The notes below the pieces were generated by a model, which worked only from the letters and a program-made list of their open reading frames with translations, made no database searches and was not told the DNA's origin. This document shows, piece after piece, positions 62,193 to 64,000 of a stretch of DNA of 64,000 nt; position 1 is the first letter of the stretch, and every line of letters begins with the position of its first letter. The position numbers and the translations under genes are program-made. Origin of the DNA: Squalus acanthias (Eukaryota); assembly GCA_030390025.1 (NCBI GenBank), contig CM059432.1, forward strand, positions 106,518,001-106,582,000. The letters run 5' to 3'.

Positions 62193-62693
62193 AACATGTT
62201 TACAATTTTGTTAAAAATCTTCCCTCCCCTCCATTAACTCATGTTTACTTTTTCATTAAACTTTACTCACGGATGATAACATACGATGTGAGTGTGTGCC
62301 ATTTGGGCAAGTGCTTATCAAGTTTACATAACAAATACCTTCTTACCTGCCTAAATTAATAAGGAATGGATGGCATTGACCAATTCTTCTGCACCAAAGG
62401 AAATTGACCCAATTTGGGGCTTAAGATCATCATTCAGTAAAAACAGGTGCCACCTGCATGGAGGGAGGTCACTGACTGAGCTAATTCAGTCATCCAACTC
62501 CATTGTACCTGACTGCAAATGAGGAACAAGTGTGCTTATATCTGGACAAAGGCAAAGGTAAATGGACTCTTTACTTTTGTACAGAAATTTTGTAGGACCC
62601 ATCAAACACAAAAATAAGTTTGCAAGTACCAGACTCCCTGGGAGCTATAATTTTAAGCATTGTATGTAACCATTGCCCTTTTGCACACACAAT

Positions 62694-63405
62694 GGGGCCG
62701 ATTTTAACTCGCTCGGGCCCAGCGTAAATGGGTAGCGGCCCCAAAGTTGCTGTGCTGACCTCATAAACCTGTTTATGTTCCCGATCAGCCTCCCCTGCCA
62801 TCTTGTGCAGGGTCCTGAGAAACGTGGCCCAGGTGCCTGCCTGTTTCCGGTGGGAGTTTTATTACAGTATAGGACCCCAATGCAATTTTCAGATGAAATG
62901 GCAGGCCTTCTGCTGAGTGCAGGACCTGCCCAGTATAGGCAGAGAACATTTGGAGTGTTATTTAAAGAAGCATTCACTGTGGAGAGTGGGAGTGATTGTG
63001 GCATCTCCCTTCTGGTTGGAGGAGGAGAAGGAGGAAGAGCAGCAGCAGGAGAGGTCACAGGCAGCTGAAGTGGAGCCACAGAAGAGACCACCAAGGAGGG
63101 GGCAGCACAAAGGCATCCATACCCACCACATAGGGTATACAGACCCAGCGCGATGTACCTACAATTTAATGAGGAGAAGTATTTGAGGAGTCTGCGCTTC
63201 AGCAGAAAGGCTTTGACTGCCCTACACCACCTACTGCACTAAGACCTCCATTGATGCATCTGAAACCTGGGTGTCCCTGCATGTGCTGTCTCTCACTGAA
63301 TTTTCAGCTGCCACAGCCACAGAAAGGCACAAAAAAATATATATCTTGCTTTAAGAAGTAAAACCTTGCTTTAAATAAGCGCCGAGCCTGCCAGAAATCC
63401 TGCCC
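62694..63405 (+). mobile_element. Harbinger fragment
   Basis: TIR-like GGGGCCGATTTTAAC; transposase N-terminal remnant (YPPHRVYR...LRSLRFSRK) near 63120-63240; right end uncertain. Confidence 0.65.
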
Positions 63406-63619
63406 TCCTAATAGGTGAGTTGCCCATCAGTGCTGGAAAACGGGCGTCCCATTCGCCAGTGAGACTCAAGTGTAGCCCAACCACCAAGATGGTTCAGGCC
63501 TTTTACTGAATCCATTGAGTGGACAGCCCAAACAGCGGCAGAAGTGAAAATCGATCCCACTCTTTCCTTGTGCCAAAGTTGCGAAGCACGTTTCTTGAAG
63601 GTGGATGTAGCAACAACAT

Positions 63620-63762
63620 CAACAACTTGCATTTATATAGTGTAATCAGACAAAATTTAACACCGAGCCACATAAGGAGAAATTAGGACAGGTGACCAAA
63701 AGCTTAGTCAAAGAGGTAGGTTTTAAGGAGCGTCTTAAAGGAGGAGAGAGAGGTAGAGAGGC
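63620..63762 (-). mobile_element. L2-type LINE 3' fragment
   Basis: Tail aacaacttgcatttatatag shared with the Deu SINE 3' end, followed by non-SINE body. Confidence 0.5.
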
Positions 63763-64000
63763 AACCAAAGATTAGCCAATAGATGCTGAGTCTCGGTCGA
63801 GGTCCTCCTCTACTGTTAAGGGGTTTCTCAGTGGAGTCAGTAGCCACGGTTACAGAGGCCCTGTTTTCCTAAGAGCCATCCATCTAGTATTTCCCCTTCC
63901 AATAATGCAGGCATTATGGGCTGCCACACAATGAAGGAATCATGGCTGCTTCCTGGATAATGGCCACTGATGTGGATGACAATGTTTCAGCGATCAGGTA

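Overview
This is repeat-rich vertebrate nuclear DNA, most likely a cartilaginous fish (shark/ray), inferred from HE1-like and Deu-domain SINEs, a HER-like LINE and abundant CR1. It is not prokaryotic, and most short ORFs in the track are spurious. No intact host protein-coding gene could be identified. The window contains: one apparently intact full-length CR1 LINE (esterase ORF1 plus APE-RT ORF2) and several truncated CR1s; a near-complete PIF/Harbinger transposon (TIRs, ATT TSD, convergent 3-exon Myb/SANT gene and DDE transposase) plus at least five deleted or decayed relatives and MITEs; a Gypsy (Mag-type) LTR-PBS(Trp)-gag remnant; a Tx1/L1 fragment; and many Penelope-like element remnants. 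The strongest hidden signal is non-coding. The Penelope termini carry a recurrent minimal hammerhead-ribozyme motif (CUGANGA-A-stem II-GAA-palindromic ACGU/AGCU-U) in two sequence families with covarying helices, some in short fold-back elements with 12-14 bp TSDs. Other notable items are a perfect 43-bp inverted copy of transposase sequence inside the Myb gene, a Harbinger3-like target-site preference, a four-level TE nest, and a weakly supported decayed host gene on the minus strand. TE family names come from remembered consensus features, not from database searches.
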